A DNA stretch of 48,620 nucleotides from Chthoniobacteraceae bacterium (GCA_031409655.1 JANNXQ010000025.1:1-48620); one strand, 5' to 3'; shown: positions 10,901 through 19,646, counted from the stretch's first letter. Notes: generated from the sequence alone by a model not told the origin. Numbers and translations are program-made.

Positions 10901-12057
10901 GCAAACCCGGCCGCCGCCGTGGCCGCCGCCCCCTTCTCCTGCGGACTCGCGCCCTTCTTGAGCAGGGCGTCGCGTTCCTGCTGGAGCTTCTGCAAATTCT
11001 CGGTGCTCTTCGCGGCGACCGATTTCTGAAATTCGATCTGGTCCAGCTTGTCGTGAACTTCCTCCTGCGCCTTCGCGAGATCCGCCGCGATCCGATCGCG
11101 TTCGTCGGCGAGCGCCTTCCGCTCGTCCTTCGCGGTCGTGAGTTGCCGCTCCAGTTCCCCCTTCACGCGATTCAGATTCCGCGTCGCCAGGTCACGGGCG
11201 CGGATGAGCTCGTCACGGGTCAGGCGGTCGTCATCTTCGGACGGGGTGGTGCTGACTGGCGTGACGTCGATGGCGGGCAGGGCGCTCTTTTTCTCCGCAG
11301 GCTTGGCGAGCGCGAGGGCTGGGACAGTCGGCGGCGGCGGCATGTCGGACGCGGGCGCAGGGCGCGGTGCCGCGGGTGCGGCCGTCGGGGGCGCGGGGGC
11401 GGGCGTTACCGGGCGGGCGGGTGCTGTCGGCGCGGCGGGCGCTTCGTTTTTGATCGGGACGACGTTCCGCGGTGGGCGCGCACTGATGAGCCGCTCGGAG
11501 AGGGCGCGGGCAGCGGCTTCCGTGAGCGGCGAGCCTTTCTGCGCGCCGCGCGATTGATTCAGGAGGATCATCACCTTCTGCCATGGGAAGCGGATCTGCG
11601 CGTCCTCCGACGCCTTCACTTCACTCCGGAAGACGGAGGGGAGTTGCCGGTAGATTTCGACCAGTGGGATCGTGGTCAGGCCGCGCGAGATTCGCGCGGC
11701 CATCTCGTCGATCCTAAAGCTCAGGCTCTGATGCAAATCATGCGTGCCGGCGCCGAGCATCGAGTGCGGGATGCGGTGGAGGAAATCGCCGAGTTCCAGT
11801 TGCATCTCCAGGTCGGCGTTTTTCGCTGCGGGCGCCGCCGCGGGCGGGATCCCCGGACCGGCGAGGCGCGTCTCTGGCTTCGGCGGCGCCATTTTGAATT
11901 CCTGCTTGTGATTGGCCAGCACCGCCTGCGCCGCGAGCTTGATGGCGGCGGGATCGGCTTTTTTCGGGGGCACTGCGGTTTTCGCCGGAGGCGCTGGCTG
12001 CACTTCAGGCGCGGGCGACTCCGGCGCCTTACGTTTGAAGCGGTCGAGGAATGACAT
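4954..12057 (-). CDS. Giant coiled-coil protein (2367 aa) with an N-terminal globular domain and ~73-aa internal repeats
   Basis: Ala/Glu/Lys/Gln/Arg-rich helical sequence over ~2000 aa, 13 copies of a KLxxELEQ-like motif, Pro-rich linkers. No Walker A motif, so not an SMC protein. No signal peptide. Confidence 0.85.
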   Translation of the reverse strand: MSFLDRFKRKAPESPAPEVQPAPPAKTAVPPKKADPAAIKLAAQAVLANHKQEFKMAPPKPETRLAGPGIPPAAAPAAKNADLEMQLELGDFLHRIPHSMLGAGTHDLHQSLSFRIDEMAARISRGLTTIPLVEIYRQLPSVFRSEVKASEDAQIRFPWQKVMILLNQSRGAQKGSPLTEAAARALSERLISARPPRNVVPIKNEAPAAPTAPARPVTPAPAPPTAAPAAPRPAPASDMPPPPTVPALALAKPAEKKSALPAIDVTPVSTTPSEDDDRLTRDELIRARDLATRNLNRVKGELERQLTTAKDERKALADERDRIAADLAKAQEEVHDKLDQIEFQKSVAAKSTENLQKLQQERDALLKKGASPQEKGAAATAAAGFAEQAKRSNESEIHGLQQKIATLETARESAQADLNQARTRCRSLEEQLAASEKAKQESTRKIEETTARLQEEFEATARQREAEATAEIQKIQAQLKAVDDARGKLSTELEQTKVAKDEEWKTAEERLKQETARRIEETATNLRQEFEAAKAQREAEAATALAKLQADLEATVATREKLSAELDQGRQALAESTKNVENRLRLENDKTIGTARASLQLEFEAAKQKREAEVSATFKQLQDQLKAANATHARLTGELEQAKATRSETARAAENRLKEEHAKELEHAKTGLRREFEAAKQKRDEAAATALAEIQQQLQSATDAHTKLAAELEQAKVAQTETAKTAAAQIETETARAAADAVAKARENFEAEKQAAIAALQSQLEAAAETRNKLGAELEQARQDRTASTQAIEQRLTAEHARKIEETTARLQQEFAATNEQRAAESTSAVNQLKDQLSAAAEDRAKFSAELERATTNLRQEFAAEKEQRAEAAAAELAELQQKLHSANDAHAKLTAELAQAKIAHTESSKAMAARIEAEAARAAEVAANKAREKFAAEKQAAITASIAAIQTQLGSAAETRNKLSAELEQARRDRTESAKAIEQRLTADHARKLEETTARLENEAHEKRVAELASAAATLRREFAAEKQQRDAAAASALAEIQEQLRAATEAHAKLAAELEQAQIARTETAKATAARMEKATAQAAEDALSDAREKFEAEKQAAITALQAQLDAAAEARTKLSADLEQAGLERSESAKAIEQRLTEEHARKIEETTARLQKEFAAAQEQHAAQSANALKQLQNQLSATTEARAKLSAELEQTRTAVGESVRATEARFAEETARKLKQSTTTLRGEFDATLQKQKVEAAAALEKLQVEFKAATDAKEKLSTELEQTRAANATAAQAAEARLSTETSRQAEEVAKRLRQEFEGEKKQRETEIATALKQLQEQLQTATAARDKFAAELAAARADGATLKIESEKTLAQTVASLRNEFDSTLQLRTTEAAKAGTVAIQALKQTSEQQLAEAAASARQREAEQAKQLDQLRTQVEEANKSRAQIDAELRRSQDAHALLVRSNESSVKAQSSFESRAVAQLEADIETYRQRIKNFIKERDTAQAAAAAALAGLQGAGEKFASERSALLDEKAGLEKRSIETEQTATQRLGQVQKLEKDIARQSSEHERALATQLSQHQATLSSLRTEKESAVNSLSAARDAALAARIEIEQRLGALDSQSTDRQAQIEKLHGEIGRLTTETATHLAQIQKLDGEIARRSQEHEKALGVQTAEQEARLGALRTEKDAALASLNATREAVVAEKAQVERQLAEARGTIVERQTQIEALQGEVAKTQGKVREKEDEIARLNALHDERQAQMRQLEVSITQRSDAHQQAISAQLSEHEGALVAIKAAKEAAIASLTAARDHVVSTKAELEKRLAETERTAAERQLQIEKLHGDVAGAQSKIREKEQEIARLAGDQQKALVTLGETHRKSLATVATDKDAVLAELTRKKDADIATIAGEREQEKQARTETAKLLAETQGTVRQLEVRVQKHEADLFTARQAVEQKEKDIAKLNTAHHDQICAQTHQHGQELAALTAARDAIIAERKTVEGTKAQLEKQLGDVQRLGEERNARIEELDGFVANARTMIRQRDETISRITTEHSEAVAAQTQRHERTLSALTTEKDATIAQLAADKAALFADQEDRLTALAKRHQETLSAAAVEKTNALAGLSAEMDRAIAAIKAERDKLAEAKAQADAHIGELVTQRDEAQKDSAAVAQRLAAVSIDAEKRMAALQSESEALVAAKQKAIADLLEATEAHKSQSAVFAREFKSVMTQRDQALNQLALIRTSTEQKEADLAKDRAALQRVEAELTQQHEREMSRLRRERDSVTQQRDALRARFERVVDEQRELLAGLNDEVPGAHKPATDSGGTPMKSARARETAKESNVIDISEAEIIREPEQRAEATSGLRIQPARPVPLAPPNVRML

Positions 12058-12099
12058 GATCCGGTATGAACTTCTAGGGGCTGGTGGAACGGTAGGAAC

Positions 12100-13449
12100 T
12101 CAGGGCGTTTTGTTAGCGGCTGGGCTGGATTTTGTCTCTAAAGAATGCACGTCGCGTGCCGCCGGTGGCAACGGGCTTGCTATTGCATACGGCGCGTAGC
12201 TTTCCTCGAGCCGTTTCGAGACCGTGGCGACGAGGCAGACGTCGTCGTCTTCGTAGCGCGTTTCGAGCACGTGGGCATCCCGGTGGAGCCGCGCGATCAG
12301 CCCCGCTTCCCTCTGGGGGATGCGCAATTCCATGGTCGTGCTCCCGGCGGACGCCATCTCTTCCATCCGGGCGATCAGTGCTTCCAAGCCCTGGCCCGTC
12401 TGCACCGACAAAAAAAGTGCGTCGGGGAAATGCCGGCGCAAGACGGCAAGAGCTGCCGGGTCCTCCACTTTATCGATTTTGTTGAAAGCGACGAGCATCG
12501 GACGCTTATCGGCGCCGAGGTCCCCGAGCACCGCCATGGTCGTATTGAAAAACTCGATGACCTCGGGTTGGGAGGCATCGAGCAAGTGGATGAGGAAGTC
12601 CGCGACCGCCGCTTCTTCGAGCGTCGCGCGGAAAGCCTCGACGAGCCGATGCGGCAGTCGGCGGACGAATCCGACGGTGTCCGTGAGGAGCAGCGGCTGG
12701 TGATTTGGCAGCGCCACTTTCCGCGTGGTGGTGTCCAAGGTGGCGAAAAGTTTGTCCTCGATCAGCACCTCCGCGCCGGTGAGTCGGCGGAGCAGCGAGG
12801 ACTTGCCGGAATTCGTGTAGCCGACGATGGCCGCATTCGGCACCGGGGTGCGCTGCCGATCCTTCCGCTGGGTCGCCCGGGAGCTGCGCACATTTTCGAG
12901 TTCCCGTTTGCAGCGGTCGATCGCCCCGCGGATGCGCCGCTTGTCCTGCTCGAGCTGCGTTTCCCCTTCTCCCCGATTCCCGATGCCGCCGCCCTGCCGG
13001 ACGAGATGGCCCCAGGCGCGCGTCAGCCGGGGCAGCGAGTACTCGAGCTGAGCGAGTTCGATCTGCAGCCGCGCTTCCCGGGTCTGCGCGCGACGCGCGA
13101 AAATATCGAGGATCACCTCCTGCCGATCGATCACCGTCACCTTGGAGACCTCCTCCCAGTTCCGCTGCTGGCTGGGCGAGAGTTCGTTGTCGAAGATCAG
13201 CACGTCGATGCCGAGCTCCTGCACCTTTGCGGCGATCTCGTCTGCCTTGCCGGTCCCGAGGAGCAGCTTCGCGTGATTTTCGCGGTGAAAGACGAGCATC
13301 TTTTCCACCACGGGAATGCCGAGCGTCACCACGAGTTCCTCCAGTTCCTCCAGCAAGCTCGCCGCCTCCGTGCGAGCCGCGGTGTCAGTATAAGCGCCCA
13401 CCAGCAGCGCGCGCTCGACCTTGTGGTCCCCGGCAGTGTTTTCGATCAT
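12100..13449 (-). CDS. hflX: GTPase HflX
   Basis: ELSPSQQRNWE, ILDIFARRAQTREARLQIELAQL, GEGETQLEQDKR, VGYTNSGKSS, LFATLDTT, DTVGF, NKID. Confidence 0.97.
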   Translation of the reverse strand: MIENTAGDHKVERALLVGAYTDTAARTEAASLLEELEELVVTLGIPVVEKMLVFHRENHAKLLLGTGKADEIAAKVQELGIDVLIFDNELSPSQQRNWEEVSKVTVIDRQEVILDIFARRAQTREARLQIELAQLEYSLPRLTRAWGHLVRQGGGIGNRGEGETQLEQDKRRIRGAIDRCKRELENVRSSRATQRKDRQRTPVPNAAIVGYTNSGKSSLLRRLTGAEVLIEDKLFATLDTTTRKVALPNHQPLLLTDTVGFVRRLPHRLVEAFRATLEEAAVADFLIHLLDASQPEVIEFFNTTMAVLGDLGADKRPMLVAFNKIDKVEDPAALAVLRRHFPDALFLSVQTGQGLEALIARMEEMASAGSTTMELRIPQREAGLIARLHRDAHVLETRYEDDDVCLVATVSKRLEESYAPYAIASPLPPAARDVHSLETKSSPAANKTP

Positions 13450-13524
13450 GCGTGTTTCCAAGAGGCGATCATAGTAGCGGATACTTGCCCGGGCGGAAAG
13501 GCCGTTGAACGGGGGCTGGTGCGG

Positions 13525-13599
13525 CTCATCCTCGTAACCGTCCTCGTCCTCGTCCTCGAACGCATAATCTTTCGAGGACGAGGACGATTACGAGCACGA
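13525..13599. repeat. REP-like palindrome made of CTCGTC/CTCGTA hexamers
   Basis: ...GTCCTCGTCCTCGTCCTCGAA, 10-nt loop, TTCGAGGACGAGGACGATTACGAGCACGA; lies between divergent hflX and the kinase gene. Confidence 0.75.
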
Positions 13600-13685
13600 C
13601 TCCCCCCTGCGACCGAGCCGCACTTTGCGAAAGCTCCTGACAAGCGCGCGCCGGCCGGATGAAATGCACGCGCCACCTGCGCTTC

Positions 13686-16600
13686 ATGAAAAATCTCCTT
13701 GTCTGGCAAAAGCTGACCTTGCTCGGCGCCGTCTTCCTCCTCCCCCTCATCGCGGTGACGTGGGCCTACGTCTCCTCCGTCAATACGACGGGCATCCAAA
13801 CCGCGGAGCAGGAGATCCGTGGGGTCGAATATGCGCGCTCTTTGCTGGCTCTGCTCCGCGATCTGCAACAGCGCCGCGGGCTCGTGGCCGCGATTGATGC
13901 CGGCGGCGGAGCCCTGCGCAATATCCTCGCCAGTAAGACGACCGATGTGGAGCGCGGTCTCGCGGACTTCGAGGCGACCCATTCCGAGCTCGGCCCGCCC
14001 CTCCGCCTGGAATCGGAAGGCCGCGAGATCATCGCCCGGACTCGCGCGCTGCTCGCGCCGGACGTCGCGGATGTGGAGGCCCATTCCGTGTTGATCGACG
14101 CGATCGGCATCTTCGTCACCCTGGTCGCGGACAATGCTGCGCTCACCCTCGATCCTGAATTGCCCACGTACTACCTCCAGGATCTGGTGATCACGCAGCT
14201 CCCGCGTCATGCGGAAAATGTCGGACGCGCCTGGGTGAGAGCTGCCGAAGTGCGACCGGGCGAAGCGCTCAGTACCGAGACCTGTGACAATCTGCGCCTC
14301 TTCACCGCGATCATCGATCACCTGCACTGGGCCGTGAATGACTCGCTCCGCAAGGCCGTGAACTACGCCGCCGACGCCCGCCAGGACGTCCAACTCACGC
14401 CGCTCGACGCCATGCGGCAGGACGATCCGCTCAAGGCGGCCGCCGATCGCGGCACCGTGGAGATGCCGCCCATCCCATTTTTCCACGCGATGACCGTGCG
14501 GCTCGTCGCGGACTACGAGCTGGCGGAAAAAGGCAGCGTCGCCCTCCAGCGATTGCTCGACGAGCGCATCGTGCGGCATCGCGGCAGCATCCGCACCGCG
14601 CTGCTCTGGAGCGGGCTCGGTATCGCCGGCGTCACGGTGCTGGGGTGGGGGATCATCCGCGATATCACCCGCTCGCTCGGCGGGCTCGTGGCCACGGCGC
14701 GCGCCATCACTGGCGGGGCGAAAGATGCCACCGTGAATCTGCCACCGCGGGCCGACGAAATTGGCGAACTCGCCGTCGCCTTCGACGGCATGCTCACCGC
14801 CCAACGCGAGAGCCGGGAGAAGCTCGTGAGCGGCAATATCGAGCTGCTCTCGGCGAACGAAAAACTGGAGTCCGCCCGATTCGAAGCCGACGCCGCCAAC
14901 CGCGCCAAGCGCGACTTTCTCGCCGTGATGAGCCACGAGATCCGCACCCCGATGAATGGCATCCTCGGCATGACCGAGCTCACGCTCAATACCGCGCTCA
15001 ACCCCACCCAGCGCGAGTATCTGGAGATGGCGCGCGGCTCTGCGGAGTCCCTCCTCCTGCTGCTCAATGACCTCCTCGACTTCTCCAAGATCGAAGCCGG
15101 AAAGCTGGATCTGGATCGCGCGCCCTTCGATCTCCGCGACGCCCTCGGCGACACCATGCACACGCTCGCCTTGCGCGCTCAGGAAAAGGGGGTCGAACTC
15201 GCACTGCACATCCGGCCCGACGTCCCGGACGCGCTTTTCGGCGACGCTTTCCGCCTCCGGCAGGTCGTGGTGAATCTCGTTGGCAACGCCATCAAATTCA
15301 CCGACGCCGGCGAGATCGCGGTGCGCGTCGAAAACGCTGGCACGACCGACGGCAGCGTCGCTCTGAACTTCACCGTGCGCGATACCGGCATCGGCATTCC
15401 CAGGAAAGCGCAGGCGAAGATTTTCGAGGCCTTTTCCCAAGCCGACATCTCGACCACGCGCCGCTTCGGCGGCACCGGACTCGGTCTCGCCATCGCCAGT
15501 CAGATCGTCGGCCTCATGGGTGGTCGCATCGAGCTCGAGAGCGCGGAGGGGCAAGGCTCCACCTTTCGCTTCACCGCGCGTTTCGCCATGCAGAGCGCGC
15601 GGCCGGTATCGCTCCCCGCGGAGTTGGAAAGCGTGCGCGTGCTCGTGGTGGACGACAACGCCACGAACCGCCTCATCCTCCGCGAAATGTTCACGAGCTG
15701 GCGGATGGAGGTGCTCGTCGCCGAGAGCGCCCTGGACGCCCTCGCCACTTTGGAAACGACCTGCGCGGAGGGCCGCCCGGTCTCGCTCGTCGTCACGGAT
15801 CTGATGATGCCCGAGATGGATGGCTTCGAATTCGTCTCGCGGATGCGCCAGGAGTCGGCCCTGCGCGAAACGCGCGTCGTCATGGTCACCTCGGCAAACC
15901 GGGCCGGCGACGCCGATCGCTGCACGGACCTCGGCATCGGCGCGCATCTCTCCAAGCCCGTGAAACAATCCACGCTCATGGATGCGATCGTCGATGTCCT
16001 CGGCCCCACTGGCCAGGCCGACCGCAGCGCAAAACTCCCGCTCCACAACGCCGCGCCCGCGCAGCGCCCGCTCCGCATCCTCCTCGCCGAAGACAACAAG
16101 GTGAACCAGCGCCTCGCCGTCGCGAACCTCGAGTCGTGGGGCCATCAGGTCGTCATCGCCAACGACGGCCAGGAAGCCGTGGAGATCAGCGCGCGCGACG
16201 CCTTCGATCTCATCCTCATGGATTCGCAAATGCCGCGGATGAGCGGCTTTCAGGCAGCGGCGGCGATCCGCGAGCGGGAGCGCGGCAGCGCGCGGCGGCT
16301 GCCGATCATCGCCATCACCGCGAGCGCGATGAAAGGCGCGCGCGAGGAGTGTCTCGCCGCCGGGATGGACGGCTACGTCGCCAAGCCCATCCGCCGCGAG
16401 GAATTCATCGCCGCCATGGCCGCCGTCGTCCCCGATCTCCTCACTGGCGCCCCGCCCGAGGCGACTCCCGCGCTGCTGACCCCCGCGCCCAGCGAGCCCG
16501 CGGCCTTCGATGCCGCCCGTGCTCTGGAAGCCGTCGGCGGGAATGCTGGCGTCCTCCGCGAGATGGCCCGGCTGTGCCTGGAAGACGATGCGCCGCGCCT

Positions 16601-16829
16601 TTTCACGCAACTCCGCGAAGCCGTCGGGCGCCGCGACTTCTCCGAACTCGAACACGCCGCGCACGGCATCAAGGGCCTCGTTGGCGAATTCCGCGCCGAG
16701 CGTGCCCGCCTGGCGGCGGGACGCGTCGAAGAGCAGGGCCGGGCGGGAAACGGCGAAGGCCTCGCCGGCTTGATCGCCGATCTCGAGCGCGAGTTTGAGC
16801 GCTTCGCCACCGAAGTCCGCCGCTTCTGA
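13686..16829 (+). CDS. Membrane hybrid sensor histidine kinase (periplasmic sensor-HAMP-HisKA-HATPase-REC-REC-HPt)
   Basis: Two TM helices; HAMP (RADEIGELAVAF); H-box MSHEIRTPMNG; N/G boxes (NLVGNAIKFT, DTGIGI, GGTGLGL); receivers VDDN...TDLMMP and AEDN...MDSQMP; HPt AHGIKG. Confidence 0.95.
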   Translation: MKNLLVWQKLTLLGAVFLLPLIAVTWAYVSSVNTTGIQTAEQEIRGVEYARSLLALLRDLQQRRGLVAAIDAGGGALRNILASKTTDVERGLADFEATHSELGPPLRLESEGREIIARTRALLAPDVADVEAHSVLIDAIGIFVTLVADNAALTLDPELPTYYLQDLVITQLPRHAENVGRAWVRAAEVRPGEALSTETCDNLRLFTAIIDHLHWAVNDSLRKAVNYAADARQDVQLTPLDAMRQDDPLKAAADRGTVEMPPIPFFHAMTVRLVADYELAEKGSVALQRLLDERIVRHRGSIRTALLWSGLGIAGVTVLGWGIIRDITRSLGGLVATARAITGGAKDATVNLPPRADEIGELAVAFDGMLTAQRESREKLVSGNIELLSANEKLESARFEADAANRAKRDFLAVMSHEIRTPMNGILGMTELTLNTALNPTQREYLEMARGSAESLLLLLNDLLDFSKIEAGKLDLDRAPFDLRDALGDTMHTLALRAQEKGVELALHIRPDVPDALFGDAFRLRQVVVNLVGNAIKFTDAGEIAVRVENAGTTDGSVALNFTVRDTGIGIPRKAQAKIFEAFSQADISTTRRFGGTGLGLAIASQIVGLMGGRIELESAEGQGSTFRFTARFAMQSARPVSLPAELESVRVLVVDDNATNRLILREMFTSWRMEVLVAESALDALATLETTCAEGRPVSLVVTDLMMPEMDGFEFVSRMRQESALRETRVVMVTSANRAGDADRCTDLGIGAHLSKPVKQSTLMDAIVDVLGPTGQADRSAKLPLHNAAPAQRPLRILLAEDNKVNQRLAVANLESWGHQVVIANDGQEAVEISARDAFDLILMDSQMPRMSGFQAAAAIRERERGSARRLPIIAITASAMKGAREECLAAGMDGYVAKPIRREEFIAAMAAVVPDLLTGAPPEATPALLTPAPSEPAAFDAARALEAVGGNAGVLREMARLCLEDDAPRLFTQLREAVGRRDFSELEHAAHGIKGLVGEFRAERARLAAGRVEEQGRAGNGEGLAGLIADLEREFERFATEVRRF

Positions 16830-16958
16830 TACCATCTCGTGAAATAAAACGGACCCTCGTCCTCGTCCTCGTCCTCCTACTCGTACTCGAAACGCGCCGA
16901 GTCGGAGTAGGAGAACGAGGAGGAGAACAGTCCGATTGTTTTCGGGATATGGTATGAG
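16826..16958. mobile_element. MITE-like element copy 1 (133 bp): ~29-bp imperfect TIRs around a hexamer palindrome
   Basis: Left end CTGATACCATCTCGTGAAATAAAACGGAC; right end reverse-complements to CTCATACCATATCCCGAAAACAATCGGAC. A near-identical inverted copy lies at 20670-20793. Confidence 0.8.
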
Positions 16959-17023
16959 TCCCCGGAATGAATCCGCGCCACCTTTCCACTTCCCCCGCAC
17001 TGCTCCTTTTGTAATCTCCCGCC

Positions 17024-18370
17024 ATGAGTTCCGCGTGGCAGCCGAAAGGCCGCATCCTGATCGGTGAAGACGTGCGCTCGATTGCCTTCAAAATGCAGCA
17101 GGCACTCGAGGCCGTCGGCTATTCCGTGGAGGTCGCCGAGGATGGCGGCGAGGTGCTGCGCAAGATCCGCGAATCCGCGCCGGATCTCCTCGTCCTCGAT
17201 ATCATGATGCCCAAGGTCCACGGCATCACCGTCCTCAAGGAATTGCGCGCCGACCCTGCCACGAAAAAGGTCGGCGTGATCATGTGTACGGCCCGCGATT
17301 CGCGGGCCGACGCCGCCGCCTGCGCCGATCTCGGGGCCTCGGATTTCCTCGTGAAACCCTTCGAGCCGCCCGTGCTCATCGAGAAGGTCGAGGAGTTCTT
17401 TTCCCGCCGCGACCGCGCCGCCGTCGCCCTCGGCATCCCCGCCGCCGCTGCCTACAGCAGCAGCGCCACGCCATTCCGCCAGACCCTCGCCGACACCCAC
17501 GTCCGCCACACCCTCTGGGGCACCCGCGGTTCGACGCCGGTCCCGAATGCGCGCTTCCTCCGCCACGGCGGGAATACCTCGTGCATGTCCGTCGAGTTCG
17601 GCGGCGAGACTTTTATCTTCGATGCCGGCACCGGCATCCGTGAACTCGGCCTCGAACTCATGAAAGAGGAGTGCCGAAAGTTGCACCTCTTCATCACCCA
17701 CACCCATTGGGATCACATCCAGGGCTTTCCCTTTTTCACTCCCGCCTACGTGCCCGGCTTCGAGCTCACGATCTACGGCGCGGAGGGTTTCGGGAAAGAT
17801 CTGCGCAGCGTCTTCAAGGGCCAGCTCGATCGCGATTATTTCCCCGTCCAGATGGACGACATGAATTCGCAGATCGTCTTCCGCACCCTCCAGGAAAATC
17901 CCGTCGTCTTGAGCGGCGCGAAAGTCTGGTGGGAATTCGCGCAGCACCCCGGCGCCACCGTCGGCTACAAGATCGAAGTCGGCGGACGCAAGATCGCCTG
18001 GGTGCCGGACAATGAATTTCTCCAGGGCTACACCGGCTCGCCCGAGACCCTGACTCGGGAGCACCCGCTCGTCGCTCCTTACGGGAAGATGATCGATTTC
18101 CTCTCCGACGCCGACGTCGTCATCCACGAAGCGCAATACACCCTGGATGAATATCCCAGCAAGATCCGCTGGGGCCACAGCTCGATCGCCAATGCCGCCG
18201 TGCTCATGAAACTGGCCGGTGTGAAGCGATGGATCATCACGCATCACGACCCGATGCACGACGACGGCTTCCTCGAGACCAAGCTGAACCTCACCCGCCG
18301 CATCCTCGAGCGCCTCGAGTATCCCATCCAGGTGAGCCACGCCTACGACGGCTGGACGGAATACTTCTGA
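17024..18370 (+). CDS. Response regulator receiver fused to an MBL-fold metallo-hydrolase (RNase Z/phosphodiesterase-like)
   Basis: REC (ILIGED, LVLDIMMP, MCTA, KPF) followed by WGTRGS, GGNTSC, FDAGTG, HTHWDH, HPG, WGHSS, HHDP. Confidence 0.92.
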   Translation: MSSAWQPKGRILIGEDVRSIAFKMQQALEAVGYSVEVAEDGGEVLRKIRESAPDLLVLDIMMPKVHGITVLKELRADPATKKVGVIMCTARDSRADAAACADLGASDFLVKPFEPPVLIEKVEEFFSRRDRAAVALGIPAAAAYSSSATPFRQTLADTHVRHTLWGTRGSTPVPNARFLRHGGNTSCMSVEFGGETFIFDAGTGIRELGLELMKEECRKLHLFITHTHWDHIQGFPFFTPAYVPGFELTIYGAEGFGKDLRSVFKGQLDRDYFPVQMDDMNSQIVFRTLQENPVVLSGAKVWWEFAQHPGATVGYKIEVGGRKIAWVPDNEFLQGYTGSPETLTREHPLVAPYGKMIDFLSDADVVIHEAQYTLDEYPSKIRWGHSSIANAAVLMKLAGVKRWIITHHDPMHDDGFLETKLNLTRRILERLEYPIQVSHAYDGWTEYF

Positions 18371-18374
18371 GGGC

Positions 18375-18447
18375 GCTCTTCTCTTCCCCTTCCCCTTCCC
18401 CTTCCCCTTCCTCTTCCTCCCCGCCCCAAAAGATGAAGCTGAAGATG
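18375..18447. repeat. Pyrimidine hexamer tract (CCCTTC/CTCTTC)n followed by degenerate complementary GAAGAT/GAAGCT units
   Basis: ctcttctcttccccttccccttccccttccccttcctcttc ... agatgaagctgaagatg, directly after the REC-MBL stop codon. Confidence 0.5.
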
Positions 18448-18524
18448 CAAAGCCCGAGTCCAAAAGCGCCGCCGCCTGATTTTTCACGGTGCGATTTTCC
18501 CGAGCCGTGCCATTCTCCCCGCCC

Positions 18525-19646
18525 GTGAAGCCGTCCGAAATCCACAACCTCCCAGACGACGCCCAGTCGCGTCCGCATTTCCCCACCCTCGCCGAGGCCC
18601 TCACGCCGCTGCCCTCGGAACCCTTCCGCGAACACATCGGCCCGCGCGAGGTGGAGTACGAACCGCGCTTCGTCGCCCCGTCCGCCTCCCGGCACGACGC
18701 CTCCGGGACGCGCAATCTCGCCTTCGGCGGCGGCGCCCTTTTCCTCGCGCTCCTCATCGGCGGCGCGGCCCTCTTCATCGTCGGGCCACGCGCCATCCTA
18801 CCGCTCGTCGCGTGTCTTTTCACCTTCTGCATCCTCTATCTGCTCGCGCGTCTGCAAATCTTCCGCGAGCAGCACGGCGCCTTCCTCGCCCTCGGGATCG
18901 TGTGCCTGATCGGCGCCGTCTTCGCCTTGTTCGAACGCGCCTTCCACGGGCTCGATGGGAACTACTTCTCCCCACTCACCGCCCCGCCCGCGCCGACGCG
19001 TTACCTTGCCGCAAACTCATTCGGCGAGTCCGGCCCGACGCTCCTCACCGAGGCCTTTGCCCTGACCGCGCCTGATGCGAAAAGCGGCCCGCGCGTGAAG
19101 GCGCGCAAAGATTCCCGCGTGGTCATCGAGGGCAAACCCTTCCTCATCAAGAGCGGCGACATCTTCCCGCTCGCCGAAGCCAAAGCCGACGAGGTCACCT
19201 TCAAAGTGCGCGACCTCCACATCGCGCTCCCGATCAGCGCCGTGGAAATCCTCGACGATCCCCGGAAGGAAAAACTCGCCGAAGCCACGCCCGTGCAGAA
19301 GCCCCTGGAAAAACCCGCGCCGGAGTCCGGCCCGGTCGTGGATGATGGCCCATCGCCCGCCATCGCCGCCGAAGTCAGCAAGCAAGCGCAAGGAATGGCC
19401 ATCCGCCGCTATCCTGCGCTCGGCATCAAAGACTCGCGCGAAAACGCCGTCTTCGTCTCGACCGTCACCGAAATGAAGGCCAGCAAGAACACCGAGTTTT
19501 TCAAAAACCCCGAGTGGCCCCTCGAACTCGCCGAACTCCTCGCCAAGCGCGAAGGCTGGCCGCGCGACGACGTGCCCCTGAAAGCCCCTCCGCTCCCGCC
19601 CCCAGCGCCGAACGCCGAGCCGCAGTTACCCATCCTCGAAAACTGA
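18525..19646 (+). CDS. Hypothetical membrane protein (3 N-terminal TM segments, soluble C-terminal domains)
   Basis: ORF 18489-19646 with strong GC3 bias; likely GTG start at 18525; hydrophobic segments GGGALFLALLIGG, ILPLVACLFTFCILYLL, AFLALGIVCLIGAVFALF. Confidence 0.8.
   Translation: MKPSEIHNLPDDAQSRPHFPTLAEALTPLPSEPFREHIGPREVEYEPRFVAPSASRHDASGTRNLAFGGGALFLALLIGGAALFIVGPRAILPLVACLFTFCILYLLARLQIFREQHGAFLALGIVCLIGAVFALFERAFHGLDGNYFSPLTAPPAPTRYLAANSFGESGPTLLTEAFALTAPDAKSGPRVKARKDSRVVIEGKPFLIKSGDIFPLAEAKADEVTFKVRDLHIALPISAVEILDDPRKEKLAEATPVQKPLEKPAPESGPVVDDGPSPAIAAEVSKQAQGMAIRRYPALGIKDSRENAVFVSTVTEMKASKNTEFFKNPEWPLELAELLAKREGWPRDDVPLKAPPLPPPAPNAEPQLPILEN

Noticed and set aside
7774..12054. 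1426-aa plus-strand ORF (and 5785-7329)
   Set aside because: Antisense shadow of the coiled-coil gene; Leu/Arg/Gly/Phe-rich composition is what the complement of GC-rich Ala/Glu/Lys codons gives, with no motifs.
4954..12057. SMC/SbcC ATPase or phage tape measure identity
   Set aside because: No Walker or signature motifs, no hinge and no phage context.
13446..18832. Long minus-strand ORFs 13446-17000 and 16877-18832
   Set aside because: Shadows of the kinase and REC-MBL genes, which carry clear motifs on the plus strand.
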